Assembly: GCA_037189525.1 (NCBI GenBank)
Contig: JBBCJC010000001.1
Coordinates: 704,001 to 768,000, forward strand
Direction: 5' to 3'
DNA length: 64,000 nucleotides
Origin: Gemmatimonadales bacterium
GTDB taxonomy: Bacteria; Gemmatimonadota; Gemmatimonadetes; Gemmatimonadales; GWC2-71-9
Positions 19,198 to 28,228 of this stretch are shown piece by piece (within the stretch, counting starts at the first letter, position 1; the number at the start of each line of letters is the position of its first letter). The notes under the pieces were generated by a model. It was not told the origin of the DNA. It worked only from the letters and a program-made list of their open reading frames with translations, and did not search any database. Made by a program: the position numbers and the translations under genes.

Positions 19198-19236
19198 ACG
19201 ACGGGCCGGGAACGTCATCCGTTCCCGGCCCGTCGT
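19198..19236. terminator. Perfect 17-bp hairpin between convergent genes
   Basis: ACGACGGGCCGGGAACG-tcatc-CGTTCCCGGCCCGTCGT. Confidence 0.8.
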
Positions 19237-19257
19237 GTTGCGCGCCTAACGTTCGGC

Positions 19258-20646
19258 TCAGACCGCTTCGGAAAGCGACGTGAAGTTGAAGTCGCGCACT
19301 CGGAGCGGGGGCACCACGACACTGCTGCCGGGGCTACCGCTTTCACTCGACGAAACCCGCACCGGGGCGCCCATGGCCTCGATGTTGTTGAGCATGAAGA
19401 TGGGCGACTCGTTGAAGCGCAGGTTGCGCACCGCGCGCGTGATCTTGCCGTTTTCGATCAGGAAGGTTCCGTCTCGCGTCAGGCCGGTGTAGAGGATGGT
19501 GCGCGGATCGACCGGCCGGATGTACCAGAAGCGGGTGACCAGCAAGCCCCGCTGGCATCCGGCAATCATCGACTCCAGCGTCTCGTTCCCGCCCGACATC
19601 TTGAGCACGCCGCTGAAGCCGAAGCCGCCGCCCGACACGCCGGTCGGCTGCTTGCCCTGCTTTTCGGCCCAGTACCGATCATAGTTGAGATTCCGCACCA
19701 CCCCGTTCTCGATCCAGACCACGCGGTCGGTGGGCAGGCCATCTCCGGTAAAGGGACTTCCCGGCGTTTGCCGATCGAACGGATCGCTGACCAGCGAGAC
19801 CCGCTCGTCGATCACCTTGCTGCCGATCTTGTTGCCGCCACCCTGCTTGGTGAAGAAGCTCCGGCCCTCATCGGCGTTGCGCGCGCTGGTCGCGCCGAGA
19901 ATGAGCTGCACCAGGTTGCCGACCGCGGTGGGTTCGAGAATGACGGTGTAGCGGCCCGGCTCGATGGCAGAGGCGGGCGTCGAGCGCCGCGCCTTGTCGA
20001 CCGCGCGCGCACCGAGCGCGGCGGGTTCGATCTCACCCCAATCGCTCGAGGTGCTGCCGGCCCATCCGGAGCCGGTTCCTTCTTCGTTGCGCACCGTGGT
20101 CGTGAGTGCGACGCTGGTATCACGGGTGTAGGCGAACAGCCCTTTGGAATTGGCAATGGCCTGCGCGGTGGCCCTGGTCTCGAGGTATCCGGTGCTGACC
20201 AGGCCGGCCGACTTGGCCTGATCCGTGATCAGTCGAACGCCTGCTGCGCGACCTGCCGGGTCGAGCGCCGCGGTGCGATCGCTCCATCCCAAACCTTCGC
20301 GGTACTGCTGCGGCCCGAGCTCAGGCATCAGCTCGACATCGTCCGGCGACAACTTCGCCAGCCGCTCGGATGACTCGACCACCGCCTTGAGACCGGCATC
20401 GTCGACCCGATTGGTGGTGGCCGATCCGACCTTTTTGCCGACGACGCTGCGCACCACGATCGTGGTGTCGGCGTTGTCGCCCGCGGTGGACACCTGGTTG
20501 ACGGCAAAGCGGGTGTTGCCGCGCACGCCGTTGACGATCGAGACCCGGGTTTCCGTCGCCGTCGCAAAGGCCAGGACGCGTTTGGCCAATGCTTCCGCTT
20601 CGGCGCGCGACATGACCCGCGGCTGATCCTGCGATGCCCGGCTCAT
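19258..20646 (-). CDS. tldE: TldE/PmbA-like protein (non-catalytic partner), no signal peptide
   Basis: TRFAVN, IEPGRYTVILEP.AV, GLLVTRFWY, TGLTRDGTFLIENG, NLRFNES; no HExxxH; ATGA overlap with tldD. Confidence 0.8.
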   Translation of the reverse strand: MSRASQDQPRVMSRAEAEALAKRVLAFATATETRVSIVNGVRGNTRFAVNQVSTAGDNADTTIVVRSVVGKKVGSATTNRVDDAGLKAVVESSERLAKLSPDDVELMPELGPQQYREGLGWSDRTAALDPAGRAAGVRLITDQAKSAGLVSTGYLETRATAQAIANSKGLFAYTRDTSVALTTTVRNEEGTGSGWAGSTSSDWGEIEPAALGARAVDKARRSTPASAIEPGRYTVILEPTAVGNLVQLILGATSARNADEGRSFFTKQGGGNKIGSKVIDERVSLVSDPFDRQTPGSPFTGDGLPTDRVVWIENGVVRNLNYDRYWAEKQGKQPTGVSGGGFGFSGVLKMSGGNETLESMIAGCQRGLLVTRFWYIRPVDPRTILYTGLTRDGTFLIENGKITRAVRNLRFNESPIFMLNNIEAMGAPVRVSSSESGSPGSSVVVPPLRVRDFNFTSLSEAV

Positions 20647-22271
20647 GCCTGCCTCCCGGTATTGATGACGTTGATCTGGCGGTGGCGCGTCGGCACGCAG
20701 CCGTGGCTCACCGCATTGGACTGGGACGGCTGTCCTTTACCGTCGTTGAACGCCCCGCCAAGTTCGTAGCTCTTGGGTCCGCCCAGCATGTCGAGGTTGG
20801 CCCAGAAATCCGGGGTCCGGATCTGGTACGCCACATCCTTCAGCATGCCCACGATTTTGCCGCCGCGGATTTCATAGAAGAGCTGCCCACCGAACTGCGC
20901 ATTGAACCGCTGCTGATCGATCGAGAAAGATCCATCGCCGATGATGGCAATGCCGCGATCGGTCGCCGAGATCAGGTCGTTCCAGCCCAGGTCTTTATCT
21001 CCCGGTAAAAGCGAGATGTTCGGCATCCGCTGGAACTGAACGTCGGACCACGACTGCGCATACGAGCAGCCATGCGAGCGCGTCGGCTTGCCGGCTTTCT
21101 TATAGTACGAATCGAGCCAGAGCGCCTGTTCCCGAGTGGTCTGATAGTCGACGAAGATCCCGTCCTTGATGACGTCGAACTCGTCGGGCTGCACTCCGTC
21201 GTCGTCCCAGCCGCAGGCGGCCAGCGACCCGGGCTGCGACCGGTCGCCGCGCACGTTCAGGAGCGGGGAACCGAACTTGAGCGAACCAAGCACCTTATCC
21301 GGCGGAAATACGAAGCTGGTTCCGGCATAGTTCGCCTCATAGCCCATGGCCCGGTCGAGCTCGGTCGGATGCGCAATCGATTCGTGGATGGTGAGCCAGA
21401 GATGGTTGGGATGCAGCACCAGATCGTAGCGGCCCACTTCGACCGGCTTGGCCGAAAGCTTCTGAACGGCTTCGTCGGCCCAGCGCACCACATTTTCCTC
21501 GAGCTTGTTCTCGGTGACATGCTCATAGCCGCGGCCCATCGGCGCGATGTCGTTGCTCTGGCGCGACTGAAAATCCGTGAAATCTTTCGATACCGCTGTC
21601 ACGGTCACGGACGGCTGCGACCGGATGATGGTCTGCGACACCAGCGTCCCCTCGGTATTCGCATAGCTCTTCTCATCTTTGAGGAAGAACATGCTCGAGT
21701 TGACGAAACGCGCCTGGGGATTCTTGAGTGCGATGGCGTTGACCGAAAGCAGCAGCTGGACTTTGTCTTCGATCGGGATGGTAAACGGGTCGACCTTGGC
21801 CTCACTCCGCCAGGTGCCCCGCTGATTCCCGGGGGCCGGCGCAAGCACGACGGGACGTTGCCCCGGCGCGCGATTGGCCTTGGCCTGCGCGACCGCCTGA
21901 CGCGCCACCCGCGCAACCGAATCCGGCTCGAGGTTGCTGGTAGCCACAAAGCCCCAGGCGCCCTCGACCAGGACCCGGACGCCGATACCGAACGTTTCGT
22001 TATCCGAAAGGCCCGCCACCCGGTTCTCGCGGGTGAAGATGTTCTGGGTCCGATTGAGGCTGATCCGCGCATCGGCATACTGCGCACCAGCCGATTTTGC
22101 GGCATCGAGCGCCCGCAACAGCAGATCGTTCAGCACCGCATCGCCCGGCGAGGGTGCAATCAGCCTGCTCGACAGTTCGGCCGCGTCGGCACGCCCGGTA
22201 ATCCCGAGCGCCAGGCCGGCAGCCGCCGCGGCAGAAGTGGTTCGGAGAAATTCCCGGCGACTCGGGGACAC
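20643..22271 (-). CDS. tldD: TldD metalloprotease with Tat signal peptide
   Basis: GTG start after GAGG; SRREFL Tat motif and h-region; YADAR, GAWGF, IHESIAHPTELDR (HExxxH), QRMPN, SFSIDQQRFN, DGKGQP. Confidence 0.9.
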   Translation of the reverse strand: MSPSRREFLRTTSAAAAAGLALGITGRADAAELSSRLIAPSPGDAVLNDLLLRALDAAKSAGAQYADARISLNRTQNIFTRENRVAGLSDNETFGIGVRVLVEGAWGFVATSNLEPDSVARVARQAVAQAKANRAPGQRPVVLAPAPGNQRGTWRSEAKVDPFTIPIEDKVQLLLSVNAIALKNPQARFVNSSMFFLKDEKSYANTEGTLVSQTIIRSQPSVTVTAVSKDFTDFQSRQSNDIAPMGRGYEHVTENKLEENVVRWADEAVQKLSAKPVEVGRYDLVLHPNHLWLTIHESIAHPTELDRAMGYEANYAGTSFVFPPDKVLGSLKFGSPLLNVRGDRSQPGSLAACGWDDDGVQPDEFDVIKDGIFVDYQTTREQALWLDSYYKKAGKPTRSHGCSYAQSWSDVQFQRMPNISLLPGDKDLGWNDLISATDRGIAIIGDGSFSIDQQRFNAQFGGQLFYEIRGGKIVGMLKDVAYQIRTPDFWANLDMLGGPKSYELGGAFNDGKGQPSQSNAVSHGCVPTRHRQINVINTGRQA

Positions 22272-22327
22272 GGCAACCTCATCGAATGAAGGAGTTGACC
22301 CAAGCGCAGGAGGCGAGCGCGCCTGGA

Positions 22328-22481
22328 GGACCGGTCCATCAGGTCCATCTCAGCAAGATACGCGAATCGGGCCCCGAATGTTGTCGCCCGCGAACGAGAT
22401 CGGAGCCGCCCGTAGCCATAACCCGACCAACGGCTCCCGATACCATGGATCGCGACCATCCACCATGTATACTTCGACCCC
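22328..22481. promoter_or_regulatory. Divergent promoter region between tldDE and the moxR operon
   Basis: Minus-strand TATCTT (22355-22360); plus-strand TATACT (22468-22473) 8 nt before the moxR TTG; tandem GGTCCATC repeat (22333-22340, 22342-22349). Confidence 0.4.
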
Positions 22482-23510
22482 TTGACCAACACCGTGCCGA
22501 CCACCCAGCCGTCCGCCACCGGACGAGAATCCCTGATCGCCTCCGTCGGACGCCTTCGGGCGGCAGTCGGACGCCGTATCGTCGGCCAGGACGACGTGGT
22601 CGACCACCTGCTCCTGGCCATTCTGGCCGGCGGACACGCCCTCCTGGTCGGCGTTCCCGGCCTGGCCAAGACCCTGATCGTCCGATCCGTTGCCGAAGCC
22701 ATGCGGCTCGAATTCCGCCGGATCCAGTTCACCCCCGACCTCGTGCCGAGCGACATCACCGGCACCGAGATCATGGAGGAGGACTCGGCCACCGGCATCC
22801 GGGGCTTCCGATTCGTTCGGGGACCGGTCTTTGCCAATATCATCCTGGCCGACGAGATCAATCGAACCCCGCCGCGCACTCAGGCGGCGCTCCTCGAAGC
22901 GATGCAGGAACACCGCGTCACGGCCAACGGCGAGTCGATGCCCTTGCCGGAACCGTTTTTCGTGCTGGCCACTCAGAATCCGATCGAGCAGGAAGGAACC
23001 TATCCGCTGCCGGAAGCTCAGCTCGACCGGTTCCTATTCGATATCCGGATCGGCTATCCGTCGGAAGACGACGAGGTTGCCATCCTCCGCAACACGACCG
23101 GGGCAGCTGCCGCTCCGATCGAACCGGTCCTGGACGCTTCCGACGTGCTGGCCCTGCAGCAACTGGTCCGCGAAATTCCCGCCGCCGAACCGGTCCTCCG
23201 TTATGCCGCGGCACTGGTGCGCGCAACCCGGCCCGATCAGGCCCAGGCGCCGGCCGGCGTCAAACGCTTCGTGCGCTGGGGCGCCGGCCCGCGCGCAGGC
23301 CAGGCTCTGATTCTCGGCGCCAAGGCCCACGCGCTGCTCGATGGGCGTCTCGCGGTAACACCGGACGACATCCGCCGGGTTGCCCTGCCGGTCCTGCGAC
23401 ACCGGGTCCTGCCCAACTTCGCCGCGGATGCCGAAGGCGTGTCGGCCGAGCGGCTGATTGCCGAAGTGCTCGAGACGGTGACCCCGCCGGCGAGCGGTAT
23501 CCGCGCCTAG
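22482..23510 (+). CDS. moxR: MoxR family AAA+ ATPase
   Basis: GVPGLAKT (Walker A), RIQFTPDLVPSDITG, ILADEINRTPPRTQAALLEAM, ATQNPIEQEGTYPLPEAQLDRF. Confidence 0.95.
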   Translation: MTNTVPTTQPSATGRESLIASVGRLRAAVGRRIVGQDDVVDHLLLAILAGGHALLVGVPGLAKTLIVRSVAEAMRLEFRRIQFTPDLVPSDITGTEIMEEDSATGIRGFRFVRGPVFANIILADEINRTPPRTQAALLEAMQEHRVTANGESMPLPEPFFVLATQNPIEQEGTYPLPEAQLDRFLFDIRIGYPSEDDEVAILRNTTGAAAAPIEPVLDASDVLALQQLVREIPAAEPVLRYAAALVRATRPDQAQAPAGVKRFVRWGAGPRAGQALILGAKAHALLDGRLAVTPDDIRRVALPVLRHRVLPNFAADAEGVSAERLIAEVLETVTPPASGIRA

Positions 23511-23560
23511 CGCACCGTACCGTGCGGAGAGCGTCGAACGCCCCCTCGACCGATCCACCG

Positions 23561-24430
23561 ATGGTGGCGAACGGCCACGCCCCGCCACAGCACGGCTATG
23601 GTCCGCTCCTCGACGCGCTGCGCGGCCTCCGGTGGCCGAGTCGGGCCCGGTCGCGCGCACCGAGCGCCGGACAACATCCGTCGCGCCGGCGCGGCACCGA
23701 CATCGAGCTGACCGAGTACCGCGCCTACCGGCAGGGCGACGACCCCCGCCGGCTCGACTGGAAGCTCCTGGCCCGAACCGACCGCGCCTACCTGCGCATC
23801 ACCGACGAACATGCGGTCCTCCCGACTCTGATTGCCGTCGACGCGTCGGCATCGATGGCGTTTCCCGAACCCGGCCACGCAAAATGGCGCCAGGCCGCAG
23901 CCATTGCGATCGGTCTCGCGAGTCTGGCTCATGCCGCCGGTGACCCGGTCGGTCTGGTCGTCGGCGGACCCACCAATGCGCAGCTGCCGTTTCGGACTCG
24001 TCGCAGCCTGCTGCCCGAGGTGATCCGGACCCTCGACGGGATCTCTCCCGGCGGGACGACCGACCTGGGACGCTGGTTGTCCGGATTCCCAGCGACCGGT
24101 CGGCTCGTCGTGATTTCCGACCTCCTGAGCGACGATAGCGCGCTATACCGAATGGCGAACCAGTGGCGCCGCCAGGCGGTCGACCTGGTCGTGGCGCATA
24201 TCGTAGCAACCGAAGAGCTCGACCCTCCAGAGGCGCCGCGGGTCGTCGACCCCGAAGACCCGTCGACCATCCGCACCCTGGATAGTCCGGGCCGTTCAGC
24301 CTACCACACTGCATTTGCCGCCTGGCGGGCCGCCGTCGCTACGCGTTGGCGAGAACTCGGTGCGCAGTATCTCGTCATCGACACCAGCGAAGCACCCGAT
24401 CACGCGGTGCGCCGAATCGTTGCGGCATGA
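23561..24430 (+). CDS. DUF58 domain vWA-like protein
   Basis: GQHPSRRRG..ELTEYRAYRQGDDPRRLDWK; AVDASASM (intact MIDAS DxSxS); VVISD. Start uncertain (GTG 23522 possible). Confidence 0.9.
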   Translation: MVANGHAPPQHGYGPLLDALRGLRWPSRARSRAPSAGQHPSRRRGTDIELTEYRAYRQGDDPRRLDWKLLARTDRAYLRITDEHAVLPTLIAVDASASMAFPEPGHAKWRQAAAIAIGLASLAHAAGDPVGLVVGGPTNAQLPFRTRRSLLPEVIRTLDGISPGGTTDLGRWLSGFPATGRLVVISDLLSDDSALYRMANQWRRQAVDLVVAHIVATEELDPPEAPRVVDPEDPSTIRTLDSPGRSAYHTAFAAWRAAVATRWRELGAQYLVIDTSEAPDHAVRRIVAA

Positions 24431-25614
24431 GCTTCACGGCTCCGTGGTGGCTGCTGGCGGGAGCCGTTGCGGCCGCGGTCATCAGCGCACTCCATCTGCT
24501 GACCAAACGGGACCCGTCGCCGCAACCGCTCCCGACCGCGCGGTTCATTCCCGAAACACCGAACCGGCTGGTGAGCCGAAGTGTGGCCCTCAGCGATCGC
24601 GCAGTGCTCGGTTTGCGGCTGCTCGCGATCCTGGCGGCGACACTCGCTTTTGCGCAGCCAGGCTTTTCGCGAGCCCGACGCCCGCTGACACAGATCATCC
24701 TGATCGACACCTCACGCGCCGCCGACAGCGCCCGGGTCGAGGCCGCCGTCCAAACGCTGGCCCGCGATCATGACCGGTCGATCCGCTTCAGCTCCCTCTC
24801 GGCCGGACTGATCGCCGCCATCCGAGAGGCGCGATCGCTCCGCAGCGAAACCGACAGCGTCAGCTTGGTCATCGTCTCGCCCCTGGCTCGCGAGTCGTTC
24901 GACGCGGCGACGGTGGCAGTACGCGCTACCTGGCCCGCCGGAATCACCTGGGTACCGGTCGAACCGGTTCTCCCCCCTGCCCGCCCGCGAATGGTCGCGC
25001 TGTACGCCGACGACGATGACCCGCTCCGCAGTACCCTTGCCCTGAGCGGCTGGTCGACGAGCGACACGGCTCCCGTCAGGCTGGTACGCACAGCCGCCCT
25101 CGGTGCCGCGGACTCGGCCTGGGTCGCCGACGCAGGCACGACGTCGCGCCTGCTGATCCATTGGCCCGCATCGCCGGCGGTCGGCGGAGATACAGTCGGC
25201 GCCGTGGCAACGGATCGCACGGTGCTGGTGGCCGCGTTCCTGCGAAGCAGCCGCAATCTCGAAGGGACGGCCAGAGCCTGGTGGGTAGACGGCATCGCGG
25301 CTGCGGCCGATCAACCGTTCGGGAACGGTTGTATTCGGCGCGTCGAGATTCCCATCGATCCCGCCGGTGATTTGGCGTTGCGCCAGACAACCCGCGATCT
25401 GGTGCGCGATCTCCTGGCGCCCTGCGGCGGGCGGCGGGATGCCGAACCCATCGACTCGGCGGCGATCGCGCTGATGCAGGGAAACACCCAAACGGCGTGG
25501 CCGGCTGCGAACCTGCCTGCACTGCCGGTACAGGAACGGACCGTGCCATGGTTGCTGGGCCTGGCCGTGGCGGCTCTGATCGCCGAACAACTGTTGCGCA
25601 GGCGGCCGGCATGA
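24427..25614 (+). CDS. BatA N-terminal domain membrane protein with degenerate vWA domain
   Basis: MSFTAPWWLL...ALHLL...LRLLA..LAFAQP (BatA pattern); ILIDTSRA; C-terminal TM ending AEQLLRRR. Confidence 0.8.
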   Translation: MSFTAPWWLLAGAVAAAVISALHLLTKRDPSPQPLPTARFIPETPNRLVSRSVALSDRAVLGLRLLAILAATLAFAQPGFSRARRPLTQIILIDTSRAADSARVEAAVQTLARDHDRSIRFSSLSAGLIAAIREARSLRSETDSVSLVIVSPLARESFDAATVAVRATWPAGITWVPVEPVLPPARPRMVALYADDDDPLRSTLALSGWSTSDTAPVRLVRTAALGAADSAWVADAGTTSRLLIHWPASPAVGGDTVGAVATDRTVLVAAFLRSSRNLEGTARAWWVDGIAAAADQPFGNGCIRRVEIPIDPAGDLALRQTTRDLVRDLLAPCGGRRDAEPIDSAAIALMQGNTQTAWPAANLPALPVQERTVPWLLGLAVAALIAEQLLRRRPA

Positions 25615-27617
25615 CCGTACTCGCCCGCCTGCTCCGATCCCAGCGAGCGCTGATCGTTGGCAGCGTTGCGGGCGCGGTCCTTTGGACGGCAGCCTTCGCG
25701 ATACCGGTCTGGCTCGTCCTCGGTTCGCGGCCGTGGGCCGCCATCGTGGCGACAGCCGTTCTCGCGATGTCGCTCTGGCGACGACGCGCGGTGTTCGAGG
25801 CTGATCGTGTCGCACTATGGCTGGAAGAGCGCCATCCCGAACTCCAGTACGCGCTGATCACCGCGATCGACCCCGCCACGGAGTCTGCCCGCTCGGCGCT
25901 CGAGCACAAAGTGGCGCCGGTTGCGTTCGAACGAACTGCGTACCGAGCGGCTTCCCGGCTCGCACTCGTTCCGCTCGTCATCGCCGGCGCCGCCATCATC
26001 GCCACCATCGGGATGACACGCCTGGGAGCACGACGGCCTGGCAGCGGCGTGGTACTCACGGGCACCGCGGAGCCGAAGCCCGGCGATTCGGCGATTCGCC
26101 TAACCGTCACCCTCACCCCGCCGCCCCATACCCGCCTGCCGGCCGAGCGCCTGCCCGACCCCATCCGCGTAGCAGGCGTCACGGGCAGCCGAATTCGGAT
26201 CGACGGATCAGCGCCGGCCAACGAGATCAGCATCCAACTCGACAACCGCTCACTCGCGGTAGCAACGGAAGCATCCGGCTGGCGTGCCGATCTGACCATG
26301 CCGAGCGCACCGGCCGTCGTCCGAGTACGGACCAGCGCTCGGGAACGGCTCATTCTGCTGGAGCCCAGGGCGGATTCGCTGCCCGTGGTCCGGCTCGACC
26401 TGCCGGAGCGCGATACCCTGCTCAGCCGAGCAACCGGAACGCTACCGCTTACTGCGTCGTTCCACGACGATTTCGGGCTGGCCGAGACGTGGTGGGAACT
26501 GATCGTCAGCCGGGGCGACGGAGAAAACTTTGAGTTCCGCACCGTCACCCTGGATCGCGCTGCCGCGGGGAGCGCCAGGACGGCCACGCGGTCGCTGGCG
26601 CTCTCGCTCGACTCCCTGACATTGTCCCCCGGCGACATCGTGCTGCTCCGCGCCGTCGCGCGCGACGGTAACACCAGTCCGGGGCCTGGTATCGCCGGTT
26701 CCGATCCGCGCACCATCCGAATCGCCGCGAACCGGCAGGATGATTCGCTCGACATCGAAGTCCTGCCGCCACCCGAGCCGCTCGCCAACCTGCTGAGCCA
26801 GCGGATGCTGATTCTGCTGACCGAAGCTCTCGAGAAGAAGCGGCCTCGATTGGCCCGGTCCGCGGTGGTGACCGAATCGGCCCGGATCGGTCGGGATCAG
26901 ACCAGCCTGCGCCGCCAGATCGGCGATCTGGTCTTTGCGCGCCTCGAAGATCTGGGCGAGACCGGCGAGCATTCGCATGACGACGGCCACGATCACAGTG
27001 CCATGACGCCCGAGGAACTGCTCCGAGCCGCGGAAGCCGCCAATCGGCACGCCACCGGTGAATCACTCGACTTTGCCGCGGGGGAATCGCCGGTCATCGC
27101 GGTCAACCGTCCCCTGCTCGAAGCCTATCACGCCATGTGGGATGCGACCCGGGAACTCAACCAGGGCGAACCCCGGGCGGCGCTGCCCCATATGTACGCC
27201 GCCCTCGATGCGATCCAGCGTGCCCGGCTGGCGGACAGGATTTACCTGCGCGGCCGCACCAGGCCCGTCGTCGTGGACGTGGCCAAAGTCCGCCTGGTCG
27301 GCAAGCGGGACGGCATCGCGCCGGGGCCGCGCACGCCGCAGCCATCGCTCGATCCCGCTGTGAAACGCATTGCGGAGCGGTTCGACCGGGCACTCGACCT
27401 GCTGGGCCAAAACCGGGACGCGGCCATCGACTCGCTGCTCCTGCTCCGCGCCGAGTTGCTCACCGACCATCCTCGGATCGCGGCCCCGCTGGCGCAGGCG
27501 ATCGATACACTGCGCACCGATCGTGATGCCACCGCGGCCCTGGCACGAGCCCGCCGCGCCATCGGCCAGCCGACGACGGTCCGCTCGGGACTCCGGCGCT
27601 GGAGTACCGCGCCATGA
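25611..27617 (+). CDS. Membrane protein with Ig-like and helical domains (DUF4175-like)
   Basis: N-terminal TM segments; DSLPVV...DDFGL...LSPGD..LRAVARD; SQRML; AMWDA..EL; His-rich EHSHDDGHDH. Confidence 0.65.
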   Translation: MTVLARLLRSQRALIVGSVAGAVLWTAAFAIPVWLVLGSRPWAAIVATAVLAMSLWRRRAVFEADRVALWLEERHPELQYALITAIDPATESARSALEHKVAPVAFERTAYRAASRLALVPLVIAGAAIIATIGMTRLGARRPGSGVVLTGTAEPKPGDSAIRLTVTLTPPPHTRLPAERLPDPIRVAGVTGSRIRIDGSAPANEISIQLDNRSLAVATEASGWRADLTMPSAPAVVRVRTSARERLILLEPRADSLPVVRLDLPERDTLLSRATGTLPLTASFHDDFGLAETWWELIVSRGDGENFEFRTVTLDRAAAGSARTATRSLALSLDSLTLSPGDIVLLRAVARDGNTSPGPGIAGSDPRTIRIAANRQDDSLDIEVLPPPEPLANLLSQRMLILLTEALEKKRPRLARSAVVTESARIGRDQTSLRRQIGDLVFARLEDLGETGEHSHDDGHDHSAMTPEELLRAAEAANRHATGESLDFAAGESPVIAVNRPLLEAYHAMWDATRELNQGEPRAALPHMYAALDAIQRARLADRIYLRGRTRPVVVDVAKVRLVGKRDGIAPGPRTPQPSLDPAVKRIAERFDRALDLLGQNRDAAIDSLLLLRAELLTDHPRIAAPLAQAIDTLRTDRDATAALARARRAIGQPTTVRSGLRRWSTAP

Positions 27618-28228
27618 CGCCCTTTACCTTCGCCACGGCCCAGTACGAGTCGGGCGACTGGGACTCGGCGCCGTTGGTCGGTCCCAACGTGATCGATGCC
27701 GTGGCCCGGTACACCAGCATCGAGGTGAACCCCGGCGCGGTGGTGGTTCCCCTGGCCAGCCGTGACCTGCTCCGCTATCCCCTCACGTTCTTGACGGGAC
27801 ACCTACCGGTCCGCTTCACGACGGCCGAGCGCGCCATGCTGCGGACCTACCTGGATCGGGGCGGACTGCTATTCGTCGACGACCACAATCACGACATCGA
27901 CGGGCAGTTCCACAAAACGGCCACCGAAGAACTGGCGCTGGTCACCGGCCGGCCGCTCCGCCAGCTGCCCAATGATCACGCGCTCTACTCCGCCTTCTTT
28001 ACCTTCCCGGACGGGCCTCCCACCACGAGCCACGAGTTGAACGGCTGGGGTGACAACCTGATCCACGAGCACCTCTTGGCATCGCTCGACGGCGATCGGA
28101 TCCGGGTGCTCTACAGCAACAAAGATTACAGCTCGGAATGGAGTTATCACCCGGACAACAAGCGCTTCCTCTCGGTGGACAACACCCGCTTCGGGGTCAA
28201 CCTGGTGGTCTATGCCCTCACCCGCTGA
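27614..28228 (+). CDS. DUF4159 domain protein
   Basis: QYESGDWD, FLTGH, LRTYLDRGGLLFVDD, HALYSAFF, KDYSSEW, RFGVNLVVYALT. Confidence 0.85.
   Translation: MTPFTFATAQYESGDWDSAPLVGPNVIDAVARYTSIEVNPGAVVVPLASRDLLRYPLTFLTGHLPVRFTTAERAMLRTYLDRGGLLFVDDHNHDIDGQFHKTATEELALVTGRPLRQLPNDHALYSAFFTFPDGPPTTSHELNGWGDNLIHEHLLASLDGDRIRVLYSNKDYSSEWSYHPDNKRFLSVDNTRFGVNLVVYALTR

Noticed and set aside
22286..23560. 714-aa ORF apparently extending DUF58 upstream across moxR
   Set aside because: The extension is Arg/Pro-rich off-frame translation of moxR in high-GC DNA; recognisable DUF58 sequence begins only near 23561.
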